A DNA stretch of 64,000 nt, taken from positions 2,418-66,417 of the forward strand of contig CACPDB010000007.1 in the NCBI GenBank assembly GCA_902632605.1. The letters are read 5' to 3'. The DNA comes from an uncultured SAR86 cluster bacterium. GTDB taxonomy: Bacteria; Pseudomonadota; Gammaproteobacteria; Magnimaribacterales; AG-339-G14. The notes beneath the pieces were generated by a model. It had not been told where the DNA came from, did no database searches, and was given only the letters and a program-made list of their open reading frames with translations. Positions 38,777-47,800 of the stretch are shown piece after piece; within the stretch, counting starts at the first letter, position 1, and each line of letters begins with the position of its first letter. The position numbers and the translations under genes are program-made.

Positions 38777-38896
38777 AAAATTTCAAGCTTTATTATTTCT
38801 CTTTTTGCTTGTTTTTTCTAATCAAATACTCGACTTGAGGATGAATTATAGGGTAGTATTCGTACATAAATTTATAATTATCTCAGGGGGGGTAAA

Positions 38897-41800
38897 ATGT
38901 ATAAAAAACTATTGCTTGCGGGAGCTATGCTCTCGTTTTTCTCTGGTTTGAGTGTGGCTCAAGATGAGGAAGTAACAGTGATAGGTTCCTTGATTAAAGG
39001 TACGCCTATCGACTCAGGATCTCCCATATCAACTTTCGATGCGGAATCTATTTCTGCTCAAGGAAATCTTAACATTGTAGAACTTGTTAAGATGGTTCCA
39101 GGAAGTTCCGGTATGGATGGAGAGACAAACCAATTCGGTTCAAACGGTGCTGAAGGTGTTTCAAACATAAACCTTAGAGGTTTAGGAACACAAAGAACTT
39201 TAGTGTTAATTAACGGTAAAAGACAAGTAACAGTTCCAATCAGAAGTGGAGCAGGACGATCTGTTAACCTTCACGATTTACCAATGGGTGCTCTCAGTAG
39301 AATAGAAATTCTAAAAGAGGGTGCTGCCGCGACTTATGGTTCTGACGCAATATCTGGTGTGGTCAATTTCATTACAGATTCTACTTTTGAAGGTTTAAGA
39401 GTGAACTTGGCGGCTAAAGGTATTCCTAATGCTGTTGATGAAGGTAGAGAATTCTCACTTACTTATGGAACTATGGTTGGCGAAACCAATTTTATGATGT
39501 CTCTAAGTCATCAATACAAACCTGAATTAGCGGCGAGAGACACTGACTATGCAATTCAACCTTATGCAAATAATGACAAAGGTGGTTGGTCTACTATGGG
39601 TAACCCGCCTACTTTTGTATATCCAGGTGGTGCACCTGCTAACGCTTCTTTAGGCCTTGGTGGATTTTCATTATTAGCTGACCCAGGTTGTAACAATGCA
39701 GGTGGTTTTAACACTTCACTCGCTGGGATTGCTGGCGGTGTTTTAGGAACACAAGTTGCAGCCGGTCGTGAATACGGTGGTATTTGTAGATATCAATACA
39801 CTTGGTTCGATAACGTGCAAGAAGAACAAGACAACACTCAGCTTTGGATGGAATTCAACGGTGATGTTGATGGTCATGATTTCCACGTAGAATTTGCTTA
39901 TGGTAAAACTGATGTACCTAACTGGGCTACTTCACCTTCTTACCCGCCAAACAATCCTACTTCTAACACCATGCCTGACTTCAACCCAGGAATGGTTCAG
40001 TTGTGTTCTGATTATGCGGATTTCTGTAATGACTTGAAAGATGCAAACTACGGTGGTGATGGCACAAACAGATCGCCTTACCATCAATTGAGAACTAGAG
40101 CATTGGCTGCTGCTGGTAATCCTAACGGAAACTTCAGAGGAGCAGAAATTGAGTCTAGAGAATATGACACTTACAGATTTGCTTTTAGTTTTGAAGGTCC
40201 TCTTTCTGATACTGTTGATTACTCAACTAGCTTGAACTACTCAACCAGTGAAGGTTTGATAACTTCATCAGATACTCAACAAGGTAAGTTTCTTGCTGCC
40301 CTTTGGGGATACGGTGGACCTAGTTGTGATGCAGAAATTACTGCTCTTGTAACAAGTGCTAGCGACTTAACACCTCAATTTAAAGTTAAGTCTACTGGAG
40401 CTGCCATAGCTGCTAACACAGTTAAAGCTGCGACTAGACCTGCAGGTTGTTTATACTTCAACCCTACATCTAATGCTATTGCTCAAGGAAACCAGCCAAA
40501 CCAAACAAATGGTGAAAGAGTGGCTGCAAACCCTGACTATAATGCTGCAACTGCAAACGATCCAGCATTGATTAGATGGTTAATCGATAAAAGATACACA
40601 GAGTCAACTTCAGAATTACTGACTCTTGACTTCATCGTACAAGGTACTATGGGTGCTTTAGCGGGTGGAGATGCAGCATGGGCGTTTGGTTATGAACGAC
40701 GTGATTACAACATTGAAACTACTCTTCCTGCACTTCAAGTACTTCCTGCTGGTAACTCAATGACAAATATTCATGATGGAAGTTTATATCCTTGTGATAT
40801 TCCTCAAAATAATGAGACTGCAAATGGCAGAGCAGCTTGTGCATCTAACCCTGTAGGGTTGTTCATGTTCTTGGCGCCAACTTTCCCAGAAAATAATGAC
40901 CAAACTGTTGATTCATTATTCACGGAATTTGCGTTACCAATAACTGACACCTTTGATATGCAATTAGCTCTTCGTTACGAAGATTATGGTTCTGATGATT
41001 CTATTGACCCGAAATTGGTCATGAGATGGATGCCAATGGACTCTCTTACTTTGAGATTCACAGGACAATCTACTTTCAGAGCACCTCATCCTGATGAGAC
41101 TTCTGCAACAAGAGTAACTGCACTGCAATATGTGAACCAAGCAGGAGCGTTTAAAGCCGTTGATATCTCTGGAAACACTAACCTAGATCCAGAACAAGCA
41201 ACTACTTATAACTTTGGTTTCATTACTGACTTTGGTACCGATAACTGGACTGCAACTTTAGACTTTTATGAGTTTGATTTTGACAATCCAATCATCATCG
41301 AAAACCATCAGCAGTTAATGAATGCTTATGCTGCGGGTGGAGCTGCTAAAGCTGCAGTTCAAAGTCAGATTTACAGTGGTACGCCTCTTGTCAACGACGG
41401 TTCTTTTGGAGCTGGTGCAGTTGGAAGAATCGCTGCTAATTTCGTGAACGGACCAAGAACAGTAACTAACGGTGTGGACTTATTCATTGAGTACGAAACA
41501 GATTACGCTGATGGAATGATTACTACTGGTTTAGAAGCTAATTACGTTGCTAAGTACAGTGTAGATGCTTATTCTAAAGGTGGTGTCGAAGTGGCTGCTG
41601 CCTATGAATGTGATGGTTTCTTCAACATTAACAACCCTTGCCGACCTATTCCTACAATGAAAGGTAAGGCATTTGTTAACTATAGAACTGACGCTCACAA
41701 CTTCTACGGTGCTGTAAATTACATCTCTGCTTACGATGACAGAAGATCAAGCAAAGAAATTACAGCGCATACTACTGTAGATGCTACTTACACTTACACT

Positions 41801-41950
41801 TGGGATGACGCTTTTGATATCTCATTATCAGTTTATAACTTAACTGACGAACAGCCCCCTTTTACTGTTTGGGAAATGAACTATGATGCTTATACTCATA
41901 GTCCATTGGGAAGATTTGTTAAAGCTGGATTCACTTACCGTATGCAGTAA
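38897..41950 (+). CDS. large TonB-dependent outer-membrane receptor
   Basis: 1017 aa. Signal peptide ..GLSVAQ, plug motifs (NLRGLGTQRTLVLINGKR, IEILKEGAAATYGSDAISGVVNF), long beta-barrel. Strong SD (GGGGGGG) 4 nt upstream of the ATG. Confidence 0.9.
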   Translation: MYKKLLLAGAMLSFFSGLSVAQDEEVTVIGSLIKGTPIDSGSPISTFDAESISAQGNLNIVELVKMVPGSSGMDGETNQFGSNGAEGVSNINLRGLGTQRTLVLINGKRQVTVPIRSGAGRSVNLHDLPMGALSRIEILKEGAAATYGSDAISGVVNFITDSTFEGLRVNLAAKGIPNAVDEGREFSLTYGTMVGETNFMMSLSHQYKPELAARDTDYAIQPYANNDKGGWSTMGNPPTFVYPGGAPANASLGLGGFSLLADPGCNNAGGFNTSLAGIAGGVLGTQVAAGREYGGICRYQYTWFDNVQEEQDNTQLWMEFNGDVDGHDFHVEFAYGKTDVPNWATSPSYPPNNPTSNTMPDFNPGMVQLCSDYADFCNDLKDANYGGDGTNRSPYHQLRTRALAAAGNPNGNFRGAEIESREYDTYRFAFSFEGPLSDTVDYSTSLNYSTSEGLITSSDTQQGKFLAALWGYGGPSCDAEITALVTSASDLTPQFKVKSTGAAIAANTVKAATRPAGCLYFNPTSNAIAQGNQPNQTNGERVAANPDYNAATANDPALIRWLIDKRYTESTSELLTLDFIVQGTMGALAGGDAAWAFGYERRDYNIETTLPALQVLPAGNSMTNIHDGSLYPCDIPQNNETANGRAACASNPVGLFMFLAPTFPENNDQTVDSLFTEFALPITDTFDMQLALRYEDYGSDDSIDPKLVMRWMPMDSLTLRFTGQSTFRAPHPDETSATRVTALQYVNQAGAFKAVDISGNTNLDPEQATTYNFGFITDFGTDNWTATLDFYEFDFDNPIIIENHQQLMNAYAAGGAAKAAVQSQIYSGTPLVNDGSFGAGAVGRIAANFVNGPRTVTNGVDLFIEYETDYADGMITTGLEANYVAKYSVDAYSKGGVEVAAAYECDGFFNINNPCRPIPTMKGKAFVNYRTDAHNFYGAVNYISAYDDRRSSKEITAHTTVDATYTYTWDDAFDISLSVYNLTDEQPPFTVWEMNYDAYTHSPLGRFVKAGFTYRMQ

Positions 41951-41974
41951 GTCAGACTTAATAAGTCAAAAAAA

Positions 41975-42001
41975 AGACCTCTCTTTGAGAGGTCTTTTTT
42001 T
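41975..42001. terminator. bidirectional Rho-independent terminator
   Basis: Stem AGACCTCTC (41975-41983) / GAGAGGTCT (41987-41995), loop TTT. Flanked by an A-run (41968-41975, its last A shared with the first stem base) and a T-run (41995-42001, its first T shared with the last stem base). Lies between the convergent receptor and tesA. Confidence 0.85.
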
Positions 42002-42014
42002 ATGCATAGTAACT

Positions 42015-42647
42015 TTAAGGATTCTCAATAATTTTTACTAAAGATTTTTTAACTTCTGAGGCAATAAGACTTTGAGCTTTTTGATTTGGATGAATGCCAT
42101 CTAATTGCATGAGATTTTTATTTAGGGCGATATTTTCTAACATAAATTCAACCAATGGAATATCTTGCTCAAGAGACAGTTCTTGATAAATTTTTTCAAA
42201 AGCCTCAACGTATCTCTTTCCATAATTCGGGGGGATTCTTATTTGCATCAATATTGGTAATGAGCCCTTTGCTTTTATCAATTCAATAATGCTTAATAAG
42301 TTTTCTTTTATTGAAGCTATTGGATAGCCTCTTAAAGCATCATTGCCACCTAACTCAATTAAAATATGAGAAGGGTTAAATGAAGATAAATCTCTTTTTA
42401 TTCTGCCTAATCCCCCTATGGTTGTATCTCCTGAAACGCTGGAATTGATTATCTCTATATTTAAGCCTCTAACTTCGTAGTCTTTTTGTAAAAGCGTAAC
42501 CCAATTATCTGCTTCTTTAATACCATAGCCTGCAGAAATGCTATCTCCTAAAATCAAAAGCTTCTTTGATTGTGCAGTGATAGAATAAGAAAAAATCAAA
42601 ATAAAAATCAGTAATAGTTTTAATCCGTATTTTTCTAAAAAATTCAT
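42015..42647 (-). CDS. tesA: SGNH/GDSL thioesterase I / lysophospholipase L1
   Basis: Signal peptide, block I LILGDSISAGYG, block III GGNDA, block V DGIHPN. Divergent from ybbA-ybbP as in E. coli. Confidence 0.85.
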   Translation of the reverse strand: MNFLEKYGLKLLLIFILIFSYSITAQSKKLLILGDSISAGYGIKEADNWVTLLQKDYEVRGLNIEIINSSVSGDTTIGGLGRIKRDLSSFNPSHILIELGGNDALRGYPIASIKENLLSIIELIKAKGSLPILMQIRIPPNYGKRYVEAFEKIYQELSLEQDIPLVEFMLENIALNKNLMQLDGIHPNQKAQSLIASEVKKSLVKIIENP

Positions 42648-42650
42648 TTG

Positions 42651-43310
42651 ATGATTATAGAAGCAAGAAATTTGTCAAAAAAAGTTATTTTTAATGATGA
42701 AGAAATAGTTATTCTAGATGATATCAACTTAAAAGTAAGTGCTTCTTCCTCTTTAGCAGTTGTTGGTCCTTCCGGGTCAGGAAAATCAACTTTGTTAGGA
42801 ATATTAGCAGGTTTGGATTCACCTTCTTCTGGAGAGATATATATCAATCAAAACCCTCTACATAACTTATCTGAAGACGCCAGAGCAAAAATTAGAAAAA
42901 ATTCTGTGGCTTTTGTTTTTCAAAACTTTGAACTTTTATCAGGACTTAATGCACTTGAAAATGTCATGCTTCCCTTGGAACTTAAGAATAAAAAAAGCGC
43001 AAAAGAAATAGCTATAAATTATCTTAATAAGGTTGGTATGGAAAATCGTCTCATGCATTACCCTCAACAACTTTCTGGAGGAGAGCAACAAAGAGTTGCT
43101 ATTGCAAGAGCCTTTGCTTGCGAAGCTGAGGTTTTGTTTTGCGATGAACCAACAGGTAATTTGGATTCTAGCAATAGCGAACTTATCGCAAATCTTATTT
43201 TTGATGCCTTTCAGGAATCTTCTAGCGCTTTAATCATTGTTACACATGATCTTGCCCTTGCAGATAGATGTGATCAAAAAATAGAGCTTATTGATGGCAA
43301 AATTCTATGA
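42651..43310 (+). CDS. ybbA: ABC transporter ATP-binding protein (YbbA/LolD-like)
   Basis: Walker A GPSGSGKST, LSGGEQQRVAIARA, Walker B LFCDEPTGNLD. ATG at 42651; the listed ORF starts at TTG 42648. Confidence 0.85.
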   Translation: MIIEARNLSKKVIFNDEEIVILDDINLKVSASSSLAVVGPSGSGKSTLLGILAGLDSPSSGEIYINQNPLHNLSEDARAKIRKNSVAFVFQNFELLSGLNALENVMLPLELKNKKSAKEIAINYLNKVGMENRLMHYPQQLSGGEQQRVAIARAFACEAEVLFCDEPTGNLDSSNSELIANLIFDAFQESSSALIIVTHDLALADRCDQKIELIDGKIL

Positions 43311-45745
43311 CGATTATTTCTTTAGCTTCAAAGATTTTTTTTAGGGAACTTAAATCAGGCCAGCTACTTCTGATGTTTTTATCTCTGTCTTTAGCGGTAG
43401 GTATTGTTGCCTCGATAACGTTTTTCACAGACCGCTTAGATAGTTCACTGATGTTTGAATCCAAACAATTTTTAGGAGGAGACCTTAAATTTGAATCAAG
43501 CACTCCTTTAGATGAATCAGTATTTCCTGAGGGAGATTATTCTTATACGACAATCTATGAATTTGGTTCTGTTCTAGGTTCTGATACAAACTTTCAACTT
43601 GCCTCTATCAAATCAGTTTCCTCTCCTTATCCTTTAGTAGGGGAAATAGAAATTCTAATTAGTGATAACAAACAAATAATCAAAAAAAATCCACCAGTAA
43701 GTGGAAAAGTTTGGCTTGATGCTCGTTTGGCAAGTCTTTTGGAGGTTGCTCTTGGCGAAATGGTTAATATTGGTGAGAAGAATTTTTCAGTAAGTGGAAT
43801 AATTCTATCCGAGTCAGACCGAGGAGCAGGATCCTTCGCTTTTGCTCCTAAAGCTATTATGAATTCTGCTGATCTTGAAGAAGCAAATGTTATTCAACCT
43901 GGTTCAAGAGTTAGATATTCCTATACTTTTTTAAGCTCAATTGAAACTATCAAAAAATTAGAAACTTTTTTTCAATCAATAAAAAAGCCTGGTGATGACA
44001 TAGAAACTCCTAACAATGAGGCAAGTCCATTGGGTAGAGCCATAAAAAGAGCATCGAATTTTTTTCTCTTAGGTGCTTTACTTGCAATAATTTTATCGTC
44101 TTTGGCTATAGCAATTTGTTCATTGCAATTTATCAGACGGCATGTGGATTATGTTGCTGTTTTTAAAGCTCTTGGGCTTGCTCCATCTCAGATAAGAAAC
44201 ACATATTTTTTGGTCTTTGGCTTGATAGCGTTATTTGCATTTTCAACTGGTATTTTAATTGGCTGGATTGTTCAAATTTCATTTACAGAATTGTTAAAAG
44301 ACTATTTTCCTTCTAATTTGCCTCTGCCAGGTTTAGAGCCCTATCTGGTCTCTTTTGTTACGGCATTTTTATGTTTGATTGGTTTTGCATATCCGATGTT
44401 AAGAAACCTTTTTGGTCTTGCGCCGAACGTTATCTTAAGAAAATCCAATCGTAATTTGAATTACTTTAATTCCTCATTGTATATAATTGGTGGATTATCT
44501 TCTTTTTATGTTTTGCTTATTTTCTTTATCAAAGATTTTTTACTGACGAATATAATTTATTTCTCAATTTTGGGATTTGCAGCAATTATATTTTCTTTAA
44601 TATTTGGTATATTTAAATTCATCAAGCCATTGGGATTAAATCCCCACAAACCATTTAAGATGCTTGCTTTTGAACTGAGCAGAAGAAAGCTTTTTAATTC
44701 CATGCAAATAGTTGCCATGACAGTAGCCATTGCCTTGAGTTTGGTAGCTTATTCTGCTTCAACCAATTTAATTTCCGCTTGGGAAAACTCTCTTCCGGAA
44801 AATGCTCCTAACAACCTTCTCTTTAATATATATGAAGGAGAAAAAGATAACCTAGTTGACTTCTTAGGGCGCAATGAAATTGATTCAAATAGACTTTATC
44901 CCGTAACAAGTGCAAGATTTCAAAGAAAATCTTCTGGGAAAGAAATTGATCGAACTTTTAATTTTACATGGATGAGTGAGCTCCCAATTGGAAACGAAAT
45001 AATCGCTGGTAACTGGTTTGAGGGTAAAGAAAATGGTATTTCAATATCATCAGAGATTTCAGAGGATTATGATTTACGAATAAATGATGAAATTGTAATA
45101 GACATTGCAGGTGAAAAAATTGAAAGTTATATTCAAAGCATTAGAGAAGTCAATTGGGAGAATTTCAGTCCGAATTTTTTTGCTATTGGCTTTCCAAAAA
45201 GTTTCCAAAATATTTCATCAACGTATATAACTTCTTTTCATGTTCCCAACGAAAAAAAATCACTTTCAGCAGAATTGATAAAAAACTTTCCGACAATTTC
45301 GCTGATTTCATTGGATGCAATAATTTCAGAAGTTCAATCTATAATCTCAAAAGTTTCTCAAGCATTAAAACTAATTCTTGGGCTGACTTTGATAGCAGGA
45401 TTATTTCTAATGCTTGCAACAATTCAAGAAAGTTTTAAACAAAGAGAAAAGCAAAATGCCATTCTGAAAACTTTGGGTTTAAATAAAAGAGTTATGCAAA
45501 AAAATACTTTTCTTGAATTCTTAACAATAGGATTTTTTGCTGGACTTCTTGGTAGCTTGTTAGCTGTTATATCAACTTTTTTTATTGAAAAAACTGTCTT
45601 TGAAATAAGTCCCAAAATCTACTGGGACGTAATTTTAATTGGTGCGATAAGCTCTCTATTAGTTATTGGATTAATTGCTGCATTATTTACTTTTTATCTG
45701 AATGCAAAAACACCAAAAGATGTTTTAAAAGGTGCAGATGCCTAA
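43307..45745 (+). CDS. ybbP: ABC transporter permease with two FtsX-type domains (YbbP-like)
   Basis: 812 aa with two TM clusters each followed or preceded by large periplasmic loops. 4-nt overlap with ybbA. Conserved tesA<>ybbA-ybbP arrangement. Confidence 0.82.
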   Translation: MTIISLASKIFFRELKSGQLLLMFLSLSLAVGIVASITFFTDRLDSSLMFESKQFLGGDLKFESSTPLDESVFPEGDYSYTTIYEFGSVLGSDTNFQLASIKSVSSPYPLVGEIEILISDNKQIIKKNPPVSGKVWLDARLASLLEVALGEMVNIGEKNFSVSGIILSESDRGAGSFAFAPKAIMNSADLEEANVIQPGSRVRYSYTFLSSIETIKKLETFFQSIKKPGDDIETPNNEASPLGRAIKRASNFFLLGALLAIILSSLAIAICSLQFIRRHVDYVAVFKALGLAPSQIRNTYFLVFGLIALFAFSTGILIGWIVQISFTELLKDYFPSNLPLPGLEPYLVSFVTAFLCLIGFAYPMLRNLFGLAPNVILRKSNRNLNYFNSSLYIIGGLSSFYVLLIFFIKDFLLTNIIYFSILGFAAIIFSLIFGIFKFIKPLGLNPHKPFKMLAFELSRRKLFNSMQIVAMTVAIALSLVAYSASTNLISAWENSLPENAPNNLLFNIYEGEKDNLVDFLGRNEIDSNRLYPVTSARFQRKSSGKEIDRTFNFTWMSELPIGNEIIAGNWFEGKENGISISSEISEDYDLRINDEIVIDIAGEKIESYIQSIREVNWENFSPNFFAIGFPKSFQNISSTYITSFHVPNEKKSLSAELIKNFPTISLISLDAIISEVQSIISKVSQALKLILGLTLIAGLFLMLATIQESFKQREKQNAILKTLGLNKRVMQKNTFLEFLTIGFFAGLLGSLLAVISTFFIEKTVFEISPKIYWDVILIGAISSLLVIGLIAALFTFYLNAKTPKDVLKGADA

Positions 45746-46439
45746 CTCAAGAAATATCATTGCAATTGGCGGAGGTGGGTTCGGTGCAAATCCCGGGCAA
45801 GGAATTATTGAAAATTATATTTTGAAACAGACAAAAAAGAAAAATCCAAGAATATGTTTTATTCCCACTGCAACAGGAGATAACGAAGCTTACAAAGTAA
45901 ATTTTTACTCTACCTTCACAAACTTAAACTGTCGCCCTTCTCACTTAGACTTCTTTAAAAGAACTCCAGACTTAAATAACTTGATTCTTAAACAGGATGC
46001 AATCTTTGTTGGCGGAGGAAATACCAAAAGCATGTTGGCCGTCTGGAAGGAATGGGGGCTGGATAAAATTCTTAAAAAAGCTTACAACGACGGAGTGATA
46101 ATGAGCGGAGTAAGCGCAGGAGCAATCTGTTGGTTTCAAAATGGGATAACAGACTCATGGGCCTCAAGTCTTAAAATTATGCCGTGTTTAAACTTTATAA
46201 AGGGGACTTGTTGTCCTCACTATGATGAGGAGCCAGAACGCAGGCCAACCGTAAAGAAACTTTTGTTAAAAAATAAAATAAAAAATGTTTTTGCAGTAGA
46301 TGGAGGAGCAGCTTTACACATTAAAGATGAAAAAATTTTCAAATCTATAGTCTTTAGAAAAGAAAAAAGTAGCTATCTTGTTTCGCAAAATGGAAAGGCA
46401 ATAAATGAAAAAAGTTTCAAAAAAACTAAGCTAATTTAG
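45732..46439 (+). CDS. peptidase S51 (dipeptidase E-like) family protein
   Basis: IFVGGGNTKSML and the nucleophile context MSGVSAGAICWF parallel E. coli PepE GGGNTFQLL / GWSAGAN. Confidence 0.72.
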   Translation: MQMPNSRNIIAIGGGGFGANPGQGIIENYILKQTKKKNPRICFIPTATGDNEAYKVNFYSTFTNLNCRPSHLDFFKRTPDLNNLILKQDAIFVGGGNTKSMLAVWKEWGLDKILKKAYNDGVIMSGVSAGAICWFQNGITDSWASSLKIMPCLNFIKGTCCPHYDEEPERRPTVKKLLLKNKIKNVFAVDGGAALHIKDEKIFKSIVFRKEKSSYLVSQNGKAINEKSFKKTKLI

Positions 46440-46477
46440 TAAGATTCACCTAACAAAAAATATAAATTGGAGAAAAA

Positions 46478-46888
46478 ATGTTTAAAAATATAATGCTACT
46501 TATAACTTTTGTTCTTGCTTCTTTTTCTTTTTCGATGGGTCATCTTGATCATGAGAAAGGTCTCCATCCAGTTGCAAAATCAGGTCAAATGATCGTTACT
46601 TATCAAGCTGATTGTTCTAGAGGGAACGCAAAAAAAGCAATGCTATTAATAGAAAAAATCATTGCCTATGAAAAGAAAAAAAGTCCTATTAAATATTCTT
46701 CAGCGCCCGGAACTTGGTCCGATAATTCTATTGGAGCTGTTGATTTACATTTTTCAAAAAAAGCCATGAATCAAGCTTTCGATTGGCAATCTAATAATAA
46801 AAAGTGGTCTAACATGTTTAATGATATTGCCAAAGCATGTGGAATCACGACGGACGATTTTATTATAAATATAATGGAAGCTAAGTAG
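46478..46888 (+). CDS. small secreted protein, unknown function
   Basis: 136 aa. Signal peptide MFKNIMLLITFVLASFSFS followed by the His-rich MGHLDHEKGLHP. Confidence 0.5.
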   Translation: MFKNIMLLITFVLASFSFSMGHLDHEKGLHPVAKSGQMIVTYQADCSRGNAKKAMLLIEKIIAYEKKKSPIKYSSAPGTWSDNSIGAVDLHFSKKAMNQAFDWQSNNKKWSNMFNDIAKACGITTDDFIINIMEAK

Positions 46889-46901
46889 AGATCATCTAAT
46901 T

Positions 46902-47204
46902 ATGGCAGATAATGATGTTAAAAAAGGTTATTGGGTTGCTAAAGCAAATGTAAATTCTCCAGAAAAACAACAAGACTATGGGAAATTAGCTGAAGCAGTT
47001 TTAGAAAAATATAATGGTAGGTTTCTCATAAGGGGTGGTCGTCAAGAAACTAAGGAAGGTGAAGAATACATGAGAAACGTTGTAGTTGAGTTCCCTTCTT
47101 ATGAAGATGCTATTGATGCTTACGAAAGTAAAGAATATCAAGATGCATTAAAAGTTTTAGATGGTGGTGCTGATAGGCTTTATGCTGTGGTTGAAGGCTA
47201 CTAA
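46902..47204 (+). CDS. DUF1330 domain protein
   Basis: 100 aa. GRFLIRGG...EG......VVVEFPSYEDAIDAYESKEYQDA pattern typical of DUF1330. Confidence 0.7.
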   Translation: MADNDVKKGYWVAKANVNSPEKQQDYGKLAEAVLEKYNGRFLIRGGRQETKEGEEYMRNVVVEFPSYEDAIDAYESKEYQDALKVLDGGADRLYAVVEGY

Positions 47205-47223
47205 ATAAATTTAAGAATTCGAA

Positions 47224-47382
47224 ATGTTTTACTTTCTTCTTTTGGCATGGCTCATGGCTTCATATATGGCTTTATTTTCATCTAGGATGAAAGACAGCCC
47301 CTTAAAACCTTATGGTTGGTCAATTTGGTTTATTGTCACAGTGATAGTTGTTGGAAGTTTGATTAGTGAATGGATAAGATAA
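47224..47382 (+). CDS. possible 52-aa two-helix membrane peptide (not in ORF track)
   Basis: Read directly: MFYFLLLAWLMASYMALFSSRMKDSPLKPYGWSIWFIVTVIVVGSLISEWIR*. It fills the otherwise empty 47205-47386 gap. There is no homology evidence. Confidence 0.3.
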   Translation: MFYFLLLAWLMASYMALFSSRMKDSPLKPYGWSIWFIVTVIVVGSLISEWIR

Positions 47383-47386
47383 AAAT

Positions 47387-47800
47387 ATGCAAAATGATAA
47401 AAAACTAAAGCAATTTTCTAAAGAGTTCTTTGGTAAGTCCATGGAATTTCTTAGCATTGAATATGTTGAATCAACCGAAGATGATTTTATTTTTTCTTGT
47501 TACTTTAAAGAAGAATGTTCCAATCCTATGGGATTTGTTCAAGGAGGGATGATAACGGCTGCCTTAGATGATGCGACTTCTGCAGCAATGATTTCAGGTT
47601 ATGATGAAAAAAAAGCTCCGATGACTACGGATTTACACGTCTTGTTTCATAGGCCGCTACCGTTAGGATCGGCAAAAATAAAGGTTAAAATAATTAAACT
47701 AGGCAGAAGAAGTGCTACCTCAGAAGGCAGAATTTATAATTTAGAGGATAAACTAGTTGCAACCCTTCTCCATACTGCTCAGCCTGTAGATAACGTTTAG
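47387..47800 (+). CDS. PaaI-family (hotdog-fold) thioesterase
   Basis: 137 aa. N..G.VQGGMITAALDDA motif typical of PaaI/4HBT-type thioesterases. Confidence 0.78.
   Translation: MQNDKKLKQFSKEFFGKSMEFLSIEYVESTEDDFIFSCYFKEECSNPMGFVQGGMITAALDDATSAAMISGYDEKKAPMTTDLHVLFHRPLPLGSAKIKVKIIKLGRRSATSEGRIYNLEDKLVATLLHTAQPVDNV

Noticed and set aside
42644-42847. 67-aa minus-strand ORF overlapping the ybbA 5' end
   Set aside because: It is antisense to the Walker A region of ybbA. The real minus-strand gene here is tesA, in another frame and position.
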